Shown: positions 1 to 8,726 of the stretch, piece after piece
How positions within the stretch are numbered: position 1 is the first letter of the stretch
How the letters are laid out: the number at the start of each line of letters is the position of its first letter
Assembly (NCBI GenBank): GCA_047638615.1
Contig: JBLIMF010000001.1
Location: 992 to 64,991, forward strand
Direction of reading: 5' to 3'
Origin: Gammaproteobacteria bacterium
GTDB taxonomy: Bacteria > Actinomycetota > Acidimicrobiia > Acidimicrobiales > Ilumatobacteraceae
DNA: 64,000 nucleotides
Notes under the pieces: generated by a model
Told to the model about the DNA's origin: nothing
The model's input: only the letters and a program-made list of their open reading frames with translations
The model's database searches: none
Program-made: the position numbers and the translations under genes

Positions 1-1
1 C

Positions 2-1228
2 GATCGGCGCGGCATGGACAGCCTCGTCGAATCGCTCGGCATGCTCACTGGCGCTGCGCTGGTCGCCTCAACAATCGAGGCCGACGTATTGCCGGCCCGT
101 GTGCGCGGGTTCCGCCCGTCGATGCTCGATGAGCTGTGCACGGCAGGCGAGTTGGTGTGGATCGGTGCCGGTGCGGTCGGCGCAAAAGATGGTCGTATCC
201 GCCTTTGTTTTGCCGATCAGCTGGCGCTGCTGTCGCCCGGCTGGGAAGAACGTGAGCGCCCCGAAGGTGCAATTCACGATGCGATTCGAATGTTGCTCGC
301 CGAGCGTGGTGCCAGTTTTTGGGGCCAACTGCGTGCGGCGGCGCCGGGTTCGCTCGACCCCGAGATTCTTGCTGCGCTCTGGGACCTGGTCTGGGCGGGC
401 GAGGTCACTAATGATTCGCTCGCGCCGTTGCGGGCCGTGCTGGGTGGTGCCAAGGTCAAGGCCGGCTCGAAAAACTCGACTCACTCGACAGCGCGTCGCG
501 GTGGCCGGCCTCGTCCGGGTCGGTTGAACCGCATCGGGCCACCTGCCGGGCAGGGCCGGTGGAGCCTGGTCGCGCCGCTGCTGCTTCCGGCAGTCCACCC
601 GACCGAAGCGTCGCATGCACAGGCGCTGCAAATGGTCGAGCGGTACGGCGTGGTCACACGCGAGGCCGTCCTGGCCGAAGGCATCGCCGGGGGCTTCACC
701 AGCGTCTATGGGGTTTTGAAGGTGCTGGAAGAGCGGGGTCAGATCCGCCGTGGATACTTCGTCGACGGTCTGGGGGCGGCTCAGTTCGCAGTGCCCGGCG
801 CTGTCGATCGGTTGCGTGCGGCACGCGAAACGCCCGACCCGCTCCTACACCCCGAGAACGTTCCCGATCCGATCGTGCTGGCCACCACCGACCCGGCTCA
901 GCCGTTCGGCGGGGCACTCGACTGGCCCACCACGGCAGGCAGGCCTGCCCGGAATGTGTCGTCGGTGACGGTGCTGCGTGCCGGTGAGCCGTTGGTCTGG
1001 TTCGACAAGCGCGGACACCACCTCGTGACGTTCCCGAATGCGTTGATCGACACCAGCTGGATTGGGGCGCTGAAGATGCTCGTCACCGACGGACGGATAA
1101 AGGCGCTTGAGGTTCGCAAGGTGAACGGCGACACCCTGATGAGCGCCGACACCCCAGCGGGCTTCGTCGAACTACTGCGTTCCAGCGGTTTTGCCGACGG
1201 CTACCGCGGCATGACCTTTCGAGGCTGA
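2..1228 (+). CDS. lhr: Lhr-family ATP-dependent helicase, C-terminal part (5' partial)
   Basis: Frame is open from the window edge. Motifs 'LDELCTAGELVW', 'ALWDLVWAGEVTNDS', 'GRWSL', 'RRGYFVDGLGAAQFA' and 'DPAQPFG' are typical of the winged-helix C-terminal region of actinobacterial long Lhr helicases. Confidence 0.85.
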   Translation, partial: DRRGMDSLVESLGMLTGAALVASTIEADVLPARVRGFRPSMLDELCTAGELVWIGAGAVGAKDGRIRLCFADQLALLSPGWEERERPEGAIHDAIRMLLAERGASFWGQLRAAAPGSLDPEILAALWDLVWAGEVTNDSLAPLRAVLGGAKVKAGSKNSTHSTARRGGRPRPGRLNRIGPPAGQGRWSLVAPLLLPAVHPTEASHAQALQMVERYGVVTREAVLAEGIAGGFTSVYGVLKVLEERGQIRRGYFVDGLGAAQFAVPGAVDRLRAARETPDPLLHPENVPDPIVLATTDPAQPFGGALDWPTTAGRPARNVSSVTVLRAGEPLVWFDKRGHHLVTFPNALIDTSWIGALKMLVTDGRIKALEVRKVNGDTLMSADTPAGFVELLRSSGFADGYRGMTFRG

Positions 1229-1290
1229 TCTTGGGACGGCCTACTGCCGAGCGGCCCTGGCGCCGCTGCACATCACCGGACGCAGGCCAA

Positions 1291-2643
1291 TCAAGCCGGT
1301 GACACTGAAGCATCCGGGACCCAGTTGCCGTGGAAGCCGAATGGCACACGCTGGGGGAGCGTGATTCGGGCGACTTCGCCGCGTCCGAGGTCCTCGGCGT
1401 CGAGCACGCAGAGATCGCTCGTGTCGGTGGTGGCGTCGTACGCGACGGTAAGGAGCCAGCCGGCGTCTTCCGTGGCGCCCTCGGCCTTCGGTACGAATAC
1501 CGGCTCGGCCCCGCCGCGGCCTGGGCCGTACTCGTATGCCTCGACGTTCCCGGTTTCGAAGTCGGTCTTCAGTGTGGCGCCATGCAGGTTGGCCTCGTCT
1601 GCCGGGAGGACTTCCGATGTGTAACCAAAGCGGTGCTGCTGGAGACCGAAACGGGGGTTGTGGCGGGGAAATTCCTGCGGGCGATCGCTGATCCGAGTCT
1701 CGGTCACCCGGCGGGTTGCCGGGTCGATGACCCAGCGGTCGAGAGTGGGGGGAGTCTCAGCGAACGGGCCCTGTCGGTCGTTGACCATGATGTTGTCGTA
1801 CCGGCAGAGATCGACAACGACGGTGCCGTCAGCGGCGTCATAGGCGTTCAAGGGGTGAAACACATAACAAGGGTCGACGTCGCACCACACGATGTCAGTC
1901 GCCGTGCCGTTGCGGGGAAGGAGCCCGACCCGCGCTGCGCGGTCAGCGTTCCACTTGAACGGAAAGAGATAGCCGTCGACGAGGACGTCCATGTTGACCG
2001 TGACCGGGAGGTCGTAGACGATTGCGTACTTCTCGGTCAGCGACATGTCGTGCATCATTGGCATGTCGGCCACCGGAATGGCGAGGTTCTTTGTGACGCG
2101 TCCGTCGCTGCCGACCACCGTGTAGTTCACGTGGTCGACGAGGTCAGGCCAGTGGTAGTTCATCGAGTGCAGTTCACCCGTCGCAGCGTCGTATTTCGGG
2201 TGAGCAGTGAAGGGGCCGTCGAGGGTGCCGTGGAACGGATTGACGCTGCGCGACTCGAGGTCGTAGCTCAGCTCGGCAGGCGGGTTGCCTCCCTCGACCA
2301 TCGCCCACGTGGTTCCGGCGAAACCGCCGACATTGGTGTTGGCGCCGAAGAGCCCTGCGGCACGGTTGGCGCTGTCGAGCACCCAGCGGTTTTTATACCA
2401 CTCGGCCTTGCCGCCACGGAGCCGGACGCCATGCACCATGCCTTGACCGAGGAACCAGTGATGCTTGACGGCATCGTCGACGGACTCTGGGTTCGGGCCA
2501 TTGCGGAGCCAGCGACCTTCGAGTTCGACTGGGATCTCGCCAATGACCGGAAGGTCATGCGCCGTGACTTCCGATTCGACTGGGGCGTAGTTGCCGGCCA
2601 GGTACTTATTTTCGATATTCGGGCGGCTTTGTAGGTCGGTCAT
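1291..2643 (-). CDS. Carotenoid oxygenase family (RPE65/CCD-like) dioxygenase
   Basis: 'GNYAPV', 'LRNGPNP', 'HWFLGQGMVHGV', and four Fe-binding His in 'AHPK', 'MHDM', 'VFHPLNAYD', 'FGFHGNW'. Start placed at ATG 2643 behind a GA-rich RBS. Confidence 0.9.
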   Translation of the reverse strand: MTDLQSRPNIENKYLAGNYAPVESEVTAHDLPVIGEIPVELEGRWLRNGPNPESVDDAVKHHWFLGQGMVHGVRLRGGKAEWYKNRWVLDSANRAAGLFGANTNVGGFAGTTWAMVEGGNPPAELSYDLESRSVNPFHGTLDGPFTAHPKYDAATGELHSMNYHWPDLVDHVNYTVVGSDGRVTKNLAIPVADMPMMHDMSLTEKYAIVYDLPVTVNMDVLVDGYLFPFKWNADRAARVGLLPRNGTATDIVWCDVDPCYVFHPLNAYDAADGTVVVDLCRYDNIMVNDRQGPFAETPPTLDRWVIDPATRRVTETRISDRPQEFPRHNPRFGLQQHRFGYTSEVLPADEANLHGATLKTDFETGNVEAYEYGPGRGGAEPVFVPKAEGATEDAGWLLTVAYDATTDTSDLCVLDAEDLGRGEVARITLPQRVPFGFHGNWVPDASVSPA

Positions 2644-2733
2644 GGCGTTCTCTTCTTCCAGTGTGGTCGTTAGACACAACTCAACAGCATCAGTGAACAA
2701 CTGTCAACTCACGCCTTCGAATGGAAAATCACG

Positions 2734-2782
2734 TTTGCGTCGAGCCTTCCGTTGGACATTCCAACGGAAACGTCGACGCGAA
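2734..2782. terminator. Long intergenic hairpin (terminator or REP-like) downstream of tetR
   Basis: TTCCGTTGGA (2747-2756) pairs with TCCAACGGAA (2760-2769), and GCGTCGA (2737-2743) pairs with TCGACGC (2773-2779). Confidence 0.45.
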
Positions 2783-2812
2783 TCGGGTGGGGAATGGGAG
2801 GAGAGGCCGGGG

Positions 2813-3397
2813 CTATTTGGGCGAGACGGCGCGTAAACCGGCCCAGGCAAGGGCGCTGACTTCGGCGGCAATCTCATCGGGGTCGAACTCGTCGCCGAGT
2901 TCGACCAGCCTGCGGCTGGCACCTTCGGCGAGGCCGACAAGCGCGTGGGCTAACGTTTTGCGGTGGGACTCGTCAATATCGACGGCGATCAGCGGCGCAA
3001 TGGCCTGTGCCGAGTCAGCGGTGATCTGGCGAATCGCTTCATTGAACTCGTCGTCACGTCGAGAGCCGGAGCCGAAGAGCAGACGAAAGCCGTCGTGGTC
3101 TTCGGCAACCCAACGGAAGTAAGCGCGAAAGCCGAGTTCAGTCGTGCTTTTGCCATCGGTTGCCTCGGCAGCAGCCTTGTCGATGTTGTTCCGCAATCGG
3201 CTGCCAACCTCGGCGATTAACGCCTGATAGAGGTCTCGCTTGGAATCGAAGTGCTGATACAGCACCGGCTTCGTCACGCCAGCAGCATCGGCGACGTCGT
3301 TCATCGACGCACCGTGGAACCCGGCGTGGGCAAAGACTTCGAGTGCAACATCGAGGATCTGCTCGCGGCGGGCAGGGGCGGAAAGGCGTTGAGACAT
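2813..3397 (-). CDS. TetR/AcrR family transcriptional regulator (FasR/Rv3208-like)
   Basis: N-terminal HTH 'RREQILDVALEVFAHAGFHGASMNDVADAAGVTKPVLYQHFDSK'. Start at ATG 3397. Confidence 0.9.
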   Translation of the reverse strand: MSQRLSAPARREQILDVALEVFAHAGFHGASMNDVADAAGVTKPVLYQHFDSKRDLYQALIAEVGSRLRNNIDKAAAEATDGKSTTELGFRAYFRWVAEDHDGFRLLFGSGSRRDDEFNEAIRQITADSAQAIAPLIAVDIDESHRKTLAHALVGLAEGASRRLVELGDEFDPDEIAAEVSALAWAGLRAVSPK

Positions 3398-3401
3398 GGG
3401 A

Positions 3402-3417
3402 GTTACCACATGGTAAC
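3402..3417. promoter_or_regulatory. Putative TetR operator (perfect inverted repeat)
   Basis: GTTACCA-CA-TGGTAAC lies 4 bp upstream of the tetR start codon. Confidence 0.6.
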
Positions 3418-3443
3418 CGTGACGAAGGGCTCCGTGCAGGAGC

Positions 3444-3743
3444 TCAGAGGCCGCGTTCGCGGTCGTCGCGGTCGGCGGCCTTGACGGCATAGCCGAGGAT
3501 AATCGACGGTGCCAGTAGGACGCAGCCGATCACCAGCGAGATGATCACCAGGGTTGCCATCACCGAGGTGAATCCGAAGGCGAACGCCATGAAGAACAGT
3601 GCCATTGCTAGCACAACGAAAAGATAGCCAACGCGGTTGGCGAGCGACGTCCACTTTGCGATCTTGGCGCGTTTGATCCGGACAGGATCAGTTGACGGGT
3701 CAATCGGCACAGCCGCTTGGGATTCGGGGTCGGTCTTCGACAT
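3444..3743 (-). CDS. Hypothetical two-TM membrane protein
   Basis: 99 aa with two hydrophobic stretches and charged termini. It fills the gap upstream of tetR. Confidence 0.75.
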   Translation of the reverse strand: MSKTDPESQAAVPIDPSTDPVRIKRAKIAKWTSLANRVGYLFVVLAMALFFMAFAFGFTSVMATLVIISLVIGCVLLAPSIILGYAVKAADRDDRERGL

Positions 3744-3810
3744 ACAGTTCCATCATGCTACGAGTCGGCCGCCAGCAATTCATTCCGACGCCCTTGAATC
3801 GGACGCAGCG

Positions 3811-4551
3811 ATGACGGTGCACATCGAGCGTGACGGCCGAGTCACGATCATCACGCTCGACCGGCCCGAACGACGCAATGCCATCGATCATCCGACGCTG
3901 CTTGAACTCCTCGACGTACAGAGGGAGATCGCTTCTCGTGCTCCGAGCGAGACGCGGGCGGTCGTTCTGACCGGGGCCGCTCCGGCTTTCAGCGCTGGTG
4001 CCGATCTGAACGGTGTCGAAGAGGGCCAGTTCACCACGGACCTTCGAGCCGTGTTGCGAGGATTCGGTGTGCTGCCGGTGCCGGTGATCGCTGCAATCGA
4101 TGGCCCGGCGCTTGGCGCTGGCACGCAGTTGGTGATCGCGGCCGACCTCCGCATCGCCACACCTTCGAGCATGCTGGGCATCCCGGCGGCGCGGCTCGGG
4201 ATCTCCATCGACCACTGGACAATCGGTCGACTCGCGCAAGAGTTCACCCCGTCGGTTGCCCGAGCGATGCTGGTCGGCACCGAGAACTACTCAGCTGAGC
4301 GGCTGCACGCTCTCGGAGGCATCCATCGCCTCGGCGACCTGTCCGACGCCAAGGAGTGGGCGCAACGCCTCGCCCAGTTCGCACCCCTGACGGTGGTTGC
4401 TCACAAGCTCGGGTTGGAAACTCTCGGTGCCAAGCCCGACGAGTTGGCTGAGTTCGAAGCAGCGCGTCAAACAGCGTGGGCCAGCGCCGACGCCGAAGAG
4501 GGCCGCACGGCCTTCCTCGAAAAGCGTTTCGCCAACTTCACGGCGACCTAA
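3811..4551 (+). CDS. Enoyl-CoA hydratase/isomerase family protein
   Basis: 'ITLDRPERRNAI', 'FSAGADL', 'PVIAAIDGPALGAG', 'EGRTAFLEKR'. Start at ATG 3811. Confidence 0.9.
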   Translation: MTVHIERDGRVTIITLDRPERRNAIDHPTLLELLDVQREIASRAPSETRAVVLTGAAPAFSAGADLNGVEEGQFTTDLRAVLRGFGVLPVPVIAAIDGPALGAGTQLVIAADLRIATPSSMLGIPAARLGISIDHWTIGRLAQEFTPSVARAMLVGTENYSAERLHALGGIHRLGDLSDAKEWAQRLAQFAPLTVVAHKLGLETLGAKPDELAEFEAARQTAWASADAEEGRTAFLEKRFANFTAT

Positions 4552-4598
4552 CTGTTGGCGAAACGGCCCGTCGCTCTCTCCATGGTGGCCACGCCCGC

Positions 4599-6167
4599 TC
4601 AGAGGTTCGGTGGGAGCAGCCGGTTGACGTTCTGGAAGAAGAAGTAGAGGGCGACGATGAATGGCAGCAGGCCAATCAACGCGCCGGCCCAGTCGCGGCG
4701 GAGCTTGCGGCTGATCAAGTAGGCGCCAGCGGCGATGACCGAAAGCGCAACGCCCCAGATGCCAACTTGGCCGTTGGCCGACGGATCGCTGAACCAGCCT
4801 TCGCTGAATGCATCGGCGAGGCCCTCGTTGACAGCGTCGGTCCCGAGTACCTCGTCGTCGGATTCGAGCGGCGTATCGCCGAGGTCGATCGTGATGCTGT
4901 CGTTCGAGTCGACGACTGACGCATCGCCTTCGAGAGGCTCGTCGGCCGGTTGTGCCTCGGCGAACTGTTCGGGGTCGAGCTGCTCAATATCTGACGGAGC
5001 ATTCGTGCCAGGGTCGATTTCGGGTGATTCGCCGATGGGTCCGGCGGGCTCTTGCGGTCGGCCGTAGTTGAGGATGGGTTCACCGACAGGCGATGATTCC
5101 GAGGCGACGAGTTCGCTGAAGATCACAATCCGCTTCTGGGCGGTGTATTTCGGATCGCACGAGATGAGCGTTAACGTAGCTTTCGTCGGATCGGTGGTGG
5201 CGACGACCCAGTACTCGTTCGACGCGACGACGCGCTGCCCGGTAACCCGGTAGGTGAAACGTCCGTTGAGGGTAGTGGCGATGATCTCGTCGCCCGGCTG
5301 CAGGTCGTCGACATCAAAGAAGGGTGAACCGTACGTCGTACGGTGGCCGGCGATCGCTGAGTTGCCGAGCTGGCCGGGCAGCGGTGTATCAGGGAAGTGG
5401 CCAGGGCCGCGCTTCAAGTCGTTCGTCCTGACACCGGCAACGACGATGTCGTTGCGGCCGATTCGGGCGATTTCGAGTCGAGCGAGCGCACTGCCGTTCT
5501 CGATGTTGATGTCGATGTTCTGCTGCTCCACGGGCACTTGCACACCTGCAGGGTCAGGGTCAGGGTCAGGAGCGGTGACCGGTTGGCTCGCTGAGTCGGA
5601 GATCGTTGTGACCGGTGCTGTTTCGCTGCCGTCGCCAGAGGTGAATTCAGGGGCTCCGACAGGAGGGGAATCGGCGAGGAGCGCGTCGAACTCGCTCTCG
5701 AGTTGGTTCTGGGCGCGAGCGGTCTCGATGCCGGTGCCCCACAGCTGATAGGCGACGAAGCCGAACATGAGCAGGCCGGCCGCGATGAGGATCTTGCCGA
5801 AATTGCCGACCCACCAGCGCCAGTCCTTCGGGGGTGCCGGCCGGTCCCATTTGCGAAGGCGGCCGCGACGGGTCAGCTTTGGGGGGTTGGCCGGCGGAGG
5901 AAAGGGCGCAACGTCGTTGGAAGGTTGGTCGTTCCTGAGCGCGCTGCGCTGCTCTACGACACTGTTGTCGGTGTCGGGCGCATTGGGATCAAGGTCTGCC
6001 ACTGCGGTGAAGCTACTTGCTGGCTCGGGGGAACTTTGGTCGTTTGCTGGCTCGATTCTCAGAACGTTTCGTCGCCGTTCGCCTCTCGCCCTGCGCTTGC
6101 TGTGCACCCGCCACATTTGCATCCCGACTTTTCTTGGGTCGAAAGGCGACAGGTCGACAGCCCCCAT
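4599..6167 (-). CDS. Class E sortase with N-terminal TM and C-terminal acidic linker plus two TM helices
   Basis: 'GPGHFPDTPLPGQLGNSAIAGHRTTYGSPF', 'TLISC' and a downstream Arg in 'KRIV' give the His/Cys/Arg triad. Start uncertain. Confidence 0.85.
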   Translation of the reverse strand: MGAVDLSPFDPRKVGMQMWRVHSKRRARGERRRNVLRIEPANDQSSPEPASSFTAVADLDPNAPDTDNSVVEQRSALRNDQPSNDVAPFPPPANPPKLTRRGRLRKWDRPAPPKDWRWWVGNFGKILIAAGLLMFGFVAYQLWGTGIETARAQNQLESEFDALLADSPPVGAPEFTSGDGSETAPVTTISDSASQPVTAPDPDPDPAGVQVPVEQQNIDINIENGSALARLEIARIGRNDIVVAGVRTNDLKRGPGHFPDTPLPGQLGNSAIAGHRTTYGSPFFDVDDLQPGDEIIATTLNGRFTYRVTGQRVVASNEYWVVATTDPTKATLTLISCDPKYTAQKRIVIFSELVASESSPVGEPILNYGRPQEPAGPIGESPEIDPGTNAPSDIEQLDPEQFAEAQPADEPLEGDASVVDSNDSITIDLGDTPLESDDEVLGTDAVNEGLADAFSEGWFSDPSANGQVGIWGVALSVIAAGAYLISRKLRRDWAGALIGLLPFIVALYFFFQNVNRLLPPNL

Positions 6168-6185
6168 TAGCGTGGTATCGAGCCA

Positions 6186-6878
6186 ATGATGTCGCCGGCA
6201 CCTTCTCCTTCTTCGGCACCGGCCGACGGGCCAGTCATCGTGCTCGACGGTGTCGTCGCGGTTCTGGGCCAGTTCCCTGCACTCGCTGGTGCTTCCTTGA
6301 CAGTTGAACGCGGTGAAATCGTGCTGCTGCGTGGCCCGAATGGTGCTGGCAAGACAACACTGCTCCGACTGTGTGCTGGGCTACTTCCGGTCGAACGTGG
6401 CACGGCCACCATTCTCGGATTCGACCTGGCAACGCAGCGTGAACTCGTTCGTCAGCATGTTGGACTGCTCGGCCATCAAAACGGCCTGTACCTCGACCTC
6501 AGTGTCCGCGAGAACGTGAACTTCTGGGGGCGAACCGTCGGGGCATCCACCGACGAGATACACGCAGCGATGACCAGAATGGGTGTAGCCGAACGGCTTG
6601 CCGACGTGCCGTGTCGCAAGCTGTCAGCAGGCCAAAAGCGCCGGACCTCACTGGCATGCCTCGTTGCTCGACGGGCACAGGTTTGGCTGCTCGATGAACC
6701 CCACGCAGGCCTCGATGCAACGGGACGCGATGAACTCGACGCCACGCTCGCCCAGGCAGCAGGTTCGGGCGCCACGATCCTGGTGGCAAGCCATGAACTC
6801 GAGCGGGCGGGCAATCTGGCCACCCGCTCGGTCGAGGTGATCGCCGGCCTGGTCATTGCGCTCGGAGACGAAAAATGA
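6186..6878 (+). CDS. ccmA: Heme ABC exporter ATP-binding protein CcmA
   Basis: Walker A GPNGAGKTT, signature LSAGQ, 'WLLDEP', first gene of the ccm operon. Confidence 0.9.
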   Translation: MMSPAPSPSSAPADGPVIVLDGVVAVLGQFPALAGASLTVERGEIVLLRGPNGAGKTTLLRLCAGLLPVERGTATILGFDLATQRELVRQHVGLLGHQNGLYLDLSVRENVNFWGRTVGASTDEIHAAMTRMGVAERLADVPCRKLSAGQKRRTSLACLVARRAQVWLLDEPHAGLDATGRDELDATLAQAAGSGATILVASHELERAGNLATRSVEVIAGLVIALGDEK

Positions 6879-7654
6879 CTACCTGGCAGGTCGCTCGCTT
6901 GATCGCTGCGAAAGACCTTCGAGTTGAGCGACGAAGCAAGATCGTCACCAACCAGGTGCTGCCGTTCGCCGGGATCACCATGGTGAGTTTTGCGTTCGCA
7001 CTGGACAAGCAGAATGTGCTCGACACCGTTGCGCCGGGTCTGATCTGGCTGGCGACGACGTTCAGCTTGCTGATCTTGGTGCAACGTTCCTTCTCTATCG
7101 AGACTGACGATGGGGCGCTCGACGCAATGCGGGTGGCGGGCATCGATGCGCGAGCGATCTTTCTCGGCAAGGCCATGGCACTTGCGGTCCAACTTCTCGT
7201 GCTCGAAATACTGCTGCTGTTTGCGGCAGTTGTGTTTTACGGAGAGTCGATTCAATCAAGTGGCGCGGTGCTGGCGTTGTTCGAGACCCCGATGACGGTC
7301 GGCGGGGTCGACGTGCTGCTCGGTGGGACGTCGACCGGGGCGCAGAGCCCGGTAGTTGCCGTTGTGCTCCTCGTCACGACACTGGTCTCCGCGACGTGTG
7401 GGCTCGCTGCGGTAGGTACCCTGTACGGAGGCCTTGCCGCAGGGTTCAAAGGCAGCGAAACACTCCTTCCGCTGCTGACGCTTCCTGCGGTGGCGCCGGT
7501 CCTGATCGGAGCAACTAAAGCAGTCGAATCAGCGGTCGGTACCGCAGGCGCAGCGGTGTCAGAAGGTTGGCAATGGGTCGGCCTTCTGGCGGTTTTCGCT
7601 GTCGCATTCGGTATCGGCGGAGCGCTGGCGTTCGGCCCATTGATCGACGAGTAG
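6875..7654 (+). CDS. ccmB: Heme exporter protein CcmB
   Basis: Multi-TM protein with 'KDLRVERR', 'ETDDGALD' and 'LLPLLTLP'. Overlaps ccmA by 4 nt. Confidence 0.85.
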   Translation: MTTWQVARLIAAKDLRVERRSKIVTNQVLPFAGITMVSFAFALDKQNVLDTVAPGLIWLATTFSLLILVQRSFSIETDDGALDAMRVAGIDARAIFLGKAMALAVQLLVLEILLLFAAVVFYGESIQSSGAVLALFETPMTVGGVDVLLGGTSTGAQSPVVAVVLLVTTLVSATCGLAAVGTLYGGLAAGFKGSETLLPLLTLPAVAPVLIGATKAVESAVGTAGAAVSEGWQWVGLLAVFAVAFGIGGALAFGPLIDE

Positions 7655-7724
7655 TCGATCGACAATTCGAGCGGCGAGCAATCGCCACATAGCCATCACC
7701 CAGAGAACGAACGACGGGCAACAG

Positions 7725-8525
7725 ATGACCACGATTGATCCAGCGAGAACCGAGGTGCAACCGAGCGAACCGCCGTTGCCGCGCCGTTCGACCGGAACGC
7801 GTGCCACCCGCATTGTCGGCATTGCTTGCCTCACAGCGATGGGGTGGCTCGTTGCTTTTGGCCTTGGTTTCTCGCCGGCCGACCGTGATCAGAAAGAATC
7901 AGTTCGCATTCTCTATGTGCATGTTCCGACAATATGGCTGGCGTACCTCGCCTTTGTCGTCACGGCCATTTCGTCGGCTCTGTATCTGTTTACCAAGAAG
8001 CAGTCGCTCGGTTGGGACCGTGCTGCGGGTGCTAGTGCCGAAATCGGTGTGGCGTTTGTGGCCGTCACGCTCGCTGTTGGTTCATTGTGGGGACGCCTGA
8101 CCTGGGGCGTCTTCTGGCAGTGGGATGCGCGGCTGACCACCACTGCGCTGCTGTTCGTTACGTACATCGGTTACCTCGCGGTGCGGCGGCTGGGCGGCAG
8201 TCATCAGCAACGCGCCAAGCGCAGTGCTGTGCTCGGCATGATTGCTGTCATCGAGATACCGCTCGTCCATTTCAGCGTCAAGATGTGGCGCAGCCTCCAT
8301 CAGGAGGCCACGGTGGCCAACCTTGACGGCGACACAAAGATGGATGGGATCATGCTGTTCAGCCTCTTTGTTGGTGTCATCGCATTCACGTTCCTGTACG
8401 TCTGGTTGATGCTGCACCGCACGCGAGCGTTGGCGATGGAAGACATGCTCGACGACCGCGGTCTCGACGATGCACTCGCTGCTCGCCGTGCTGAAGCTGC
8501 CGGCCAGCAGAACGGAGCCCACTGA
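7725..8525 (+). CDS. ccmC: Heme exporter protein CcmC
   Basis: 'YVHVP', WWD domain 'GSLWGRLTWGVFWQWDARLTT', 'VHFSVKMWRSLHQ'. Confidence 0.92.
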   Translation: MTTIDPARTEVQPSEPPLPRRSTGTRATRIVGIACLTAMGWLVAFGLGFSPADRDQKESVRILYVHVPTIWLAYLAFVVTAISSALYLFTKKQSLGWDRAAGASAEIGVAFVAVTLAVGSLWGRLTWGVFWQWDARLTTTALLFVTYIGYLAVRRLGGSHQQRAKRSAVLGMIAVIEIPLVHFSVKMWRSLHQEATVANLDGDTKMDGIMLFSLFVGVIAFTFLYVWLMLHRTRALAMEDMLDDRGLDDALAARRAEAAGQQNGAH

Positions 8526-8659
8526 TGGAAGACGCAGGTTTCATCCTGGGGAGCTATTTCCTGACCTTCGCCACAGTCGGCCTGTTTGCATGGCGGACAC
8601 TCCGGTCGGGGCGCAAGCTGGCTGAGCAGATTCCCGACGACGACAAGTACTGGCTGTAG
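8525..8659 (+). CDS. ccmD: Heme exporter protein CcmD-like small membrane protein (44 aa, not in the ORF track)
   Basis: Manual translation MEDAGFILGSYFLTFATVGLFAWRTLRSGRKLAEQIPDDDKYWL. The ATG overlaps the ccmC TGA. It has an N-terminal TM with the typical Tyr followed by a basic stretch, in the canonical ccmD position. Confidence 0.75.
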   Translation: MEDAGFILGSYFLTFATVGLFAWRTLRSGRKLAEQIPDDDKYWL

Positions 8660-8726
8660 CAAAATTTCATGAACTCGCTGCGGCCAGCAGCGGGTTCCAC
8701 TCCCAGAAACGAGATGGTCGCCTGAC

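Noticed and set aside
1330-2634. 434-aa + strand ORF and similar long antisense ORFs (e.g. 9208-10134, 30367-31797, 35575-36747, 37787-38674, 50249-51268)
   Set aside because: They are shadows of well-supported genes on the opposite strand, expected in high-GC DNA, and have no recognisable motifs.
5549-5570. CAGGGT tandem repeat resembling a telomeric or G-quadruplex motif
   Set aside because: It simply encodes the PDPDPDP linker in the sortase.
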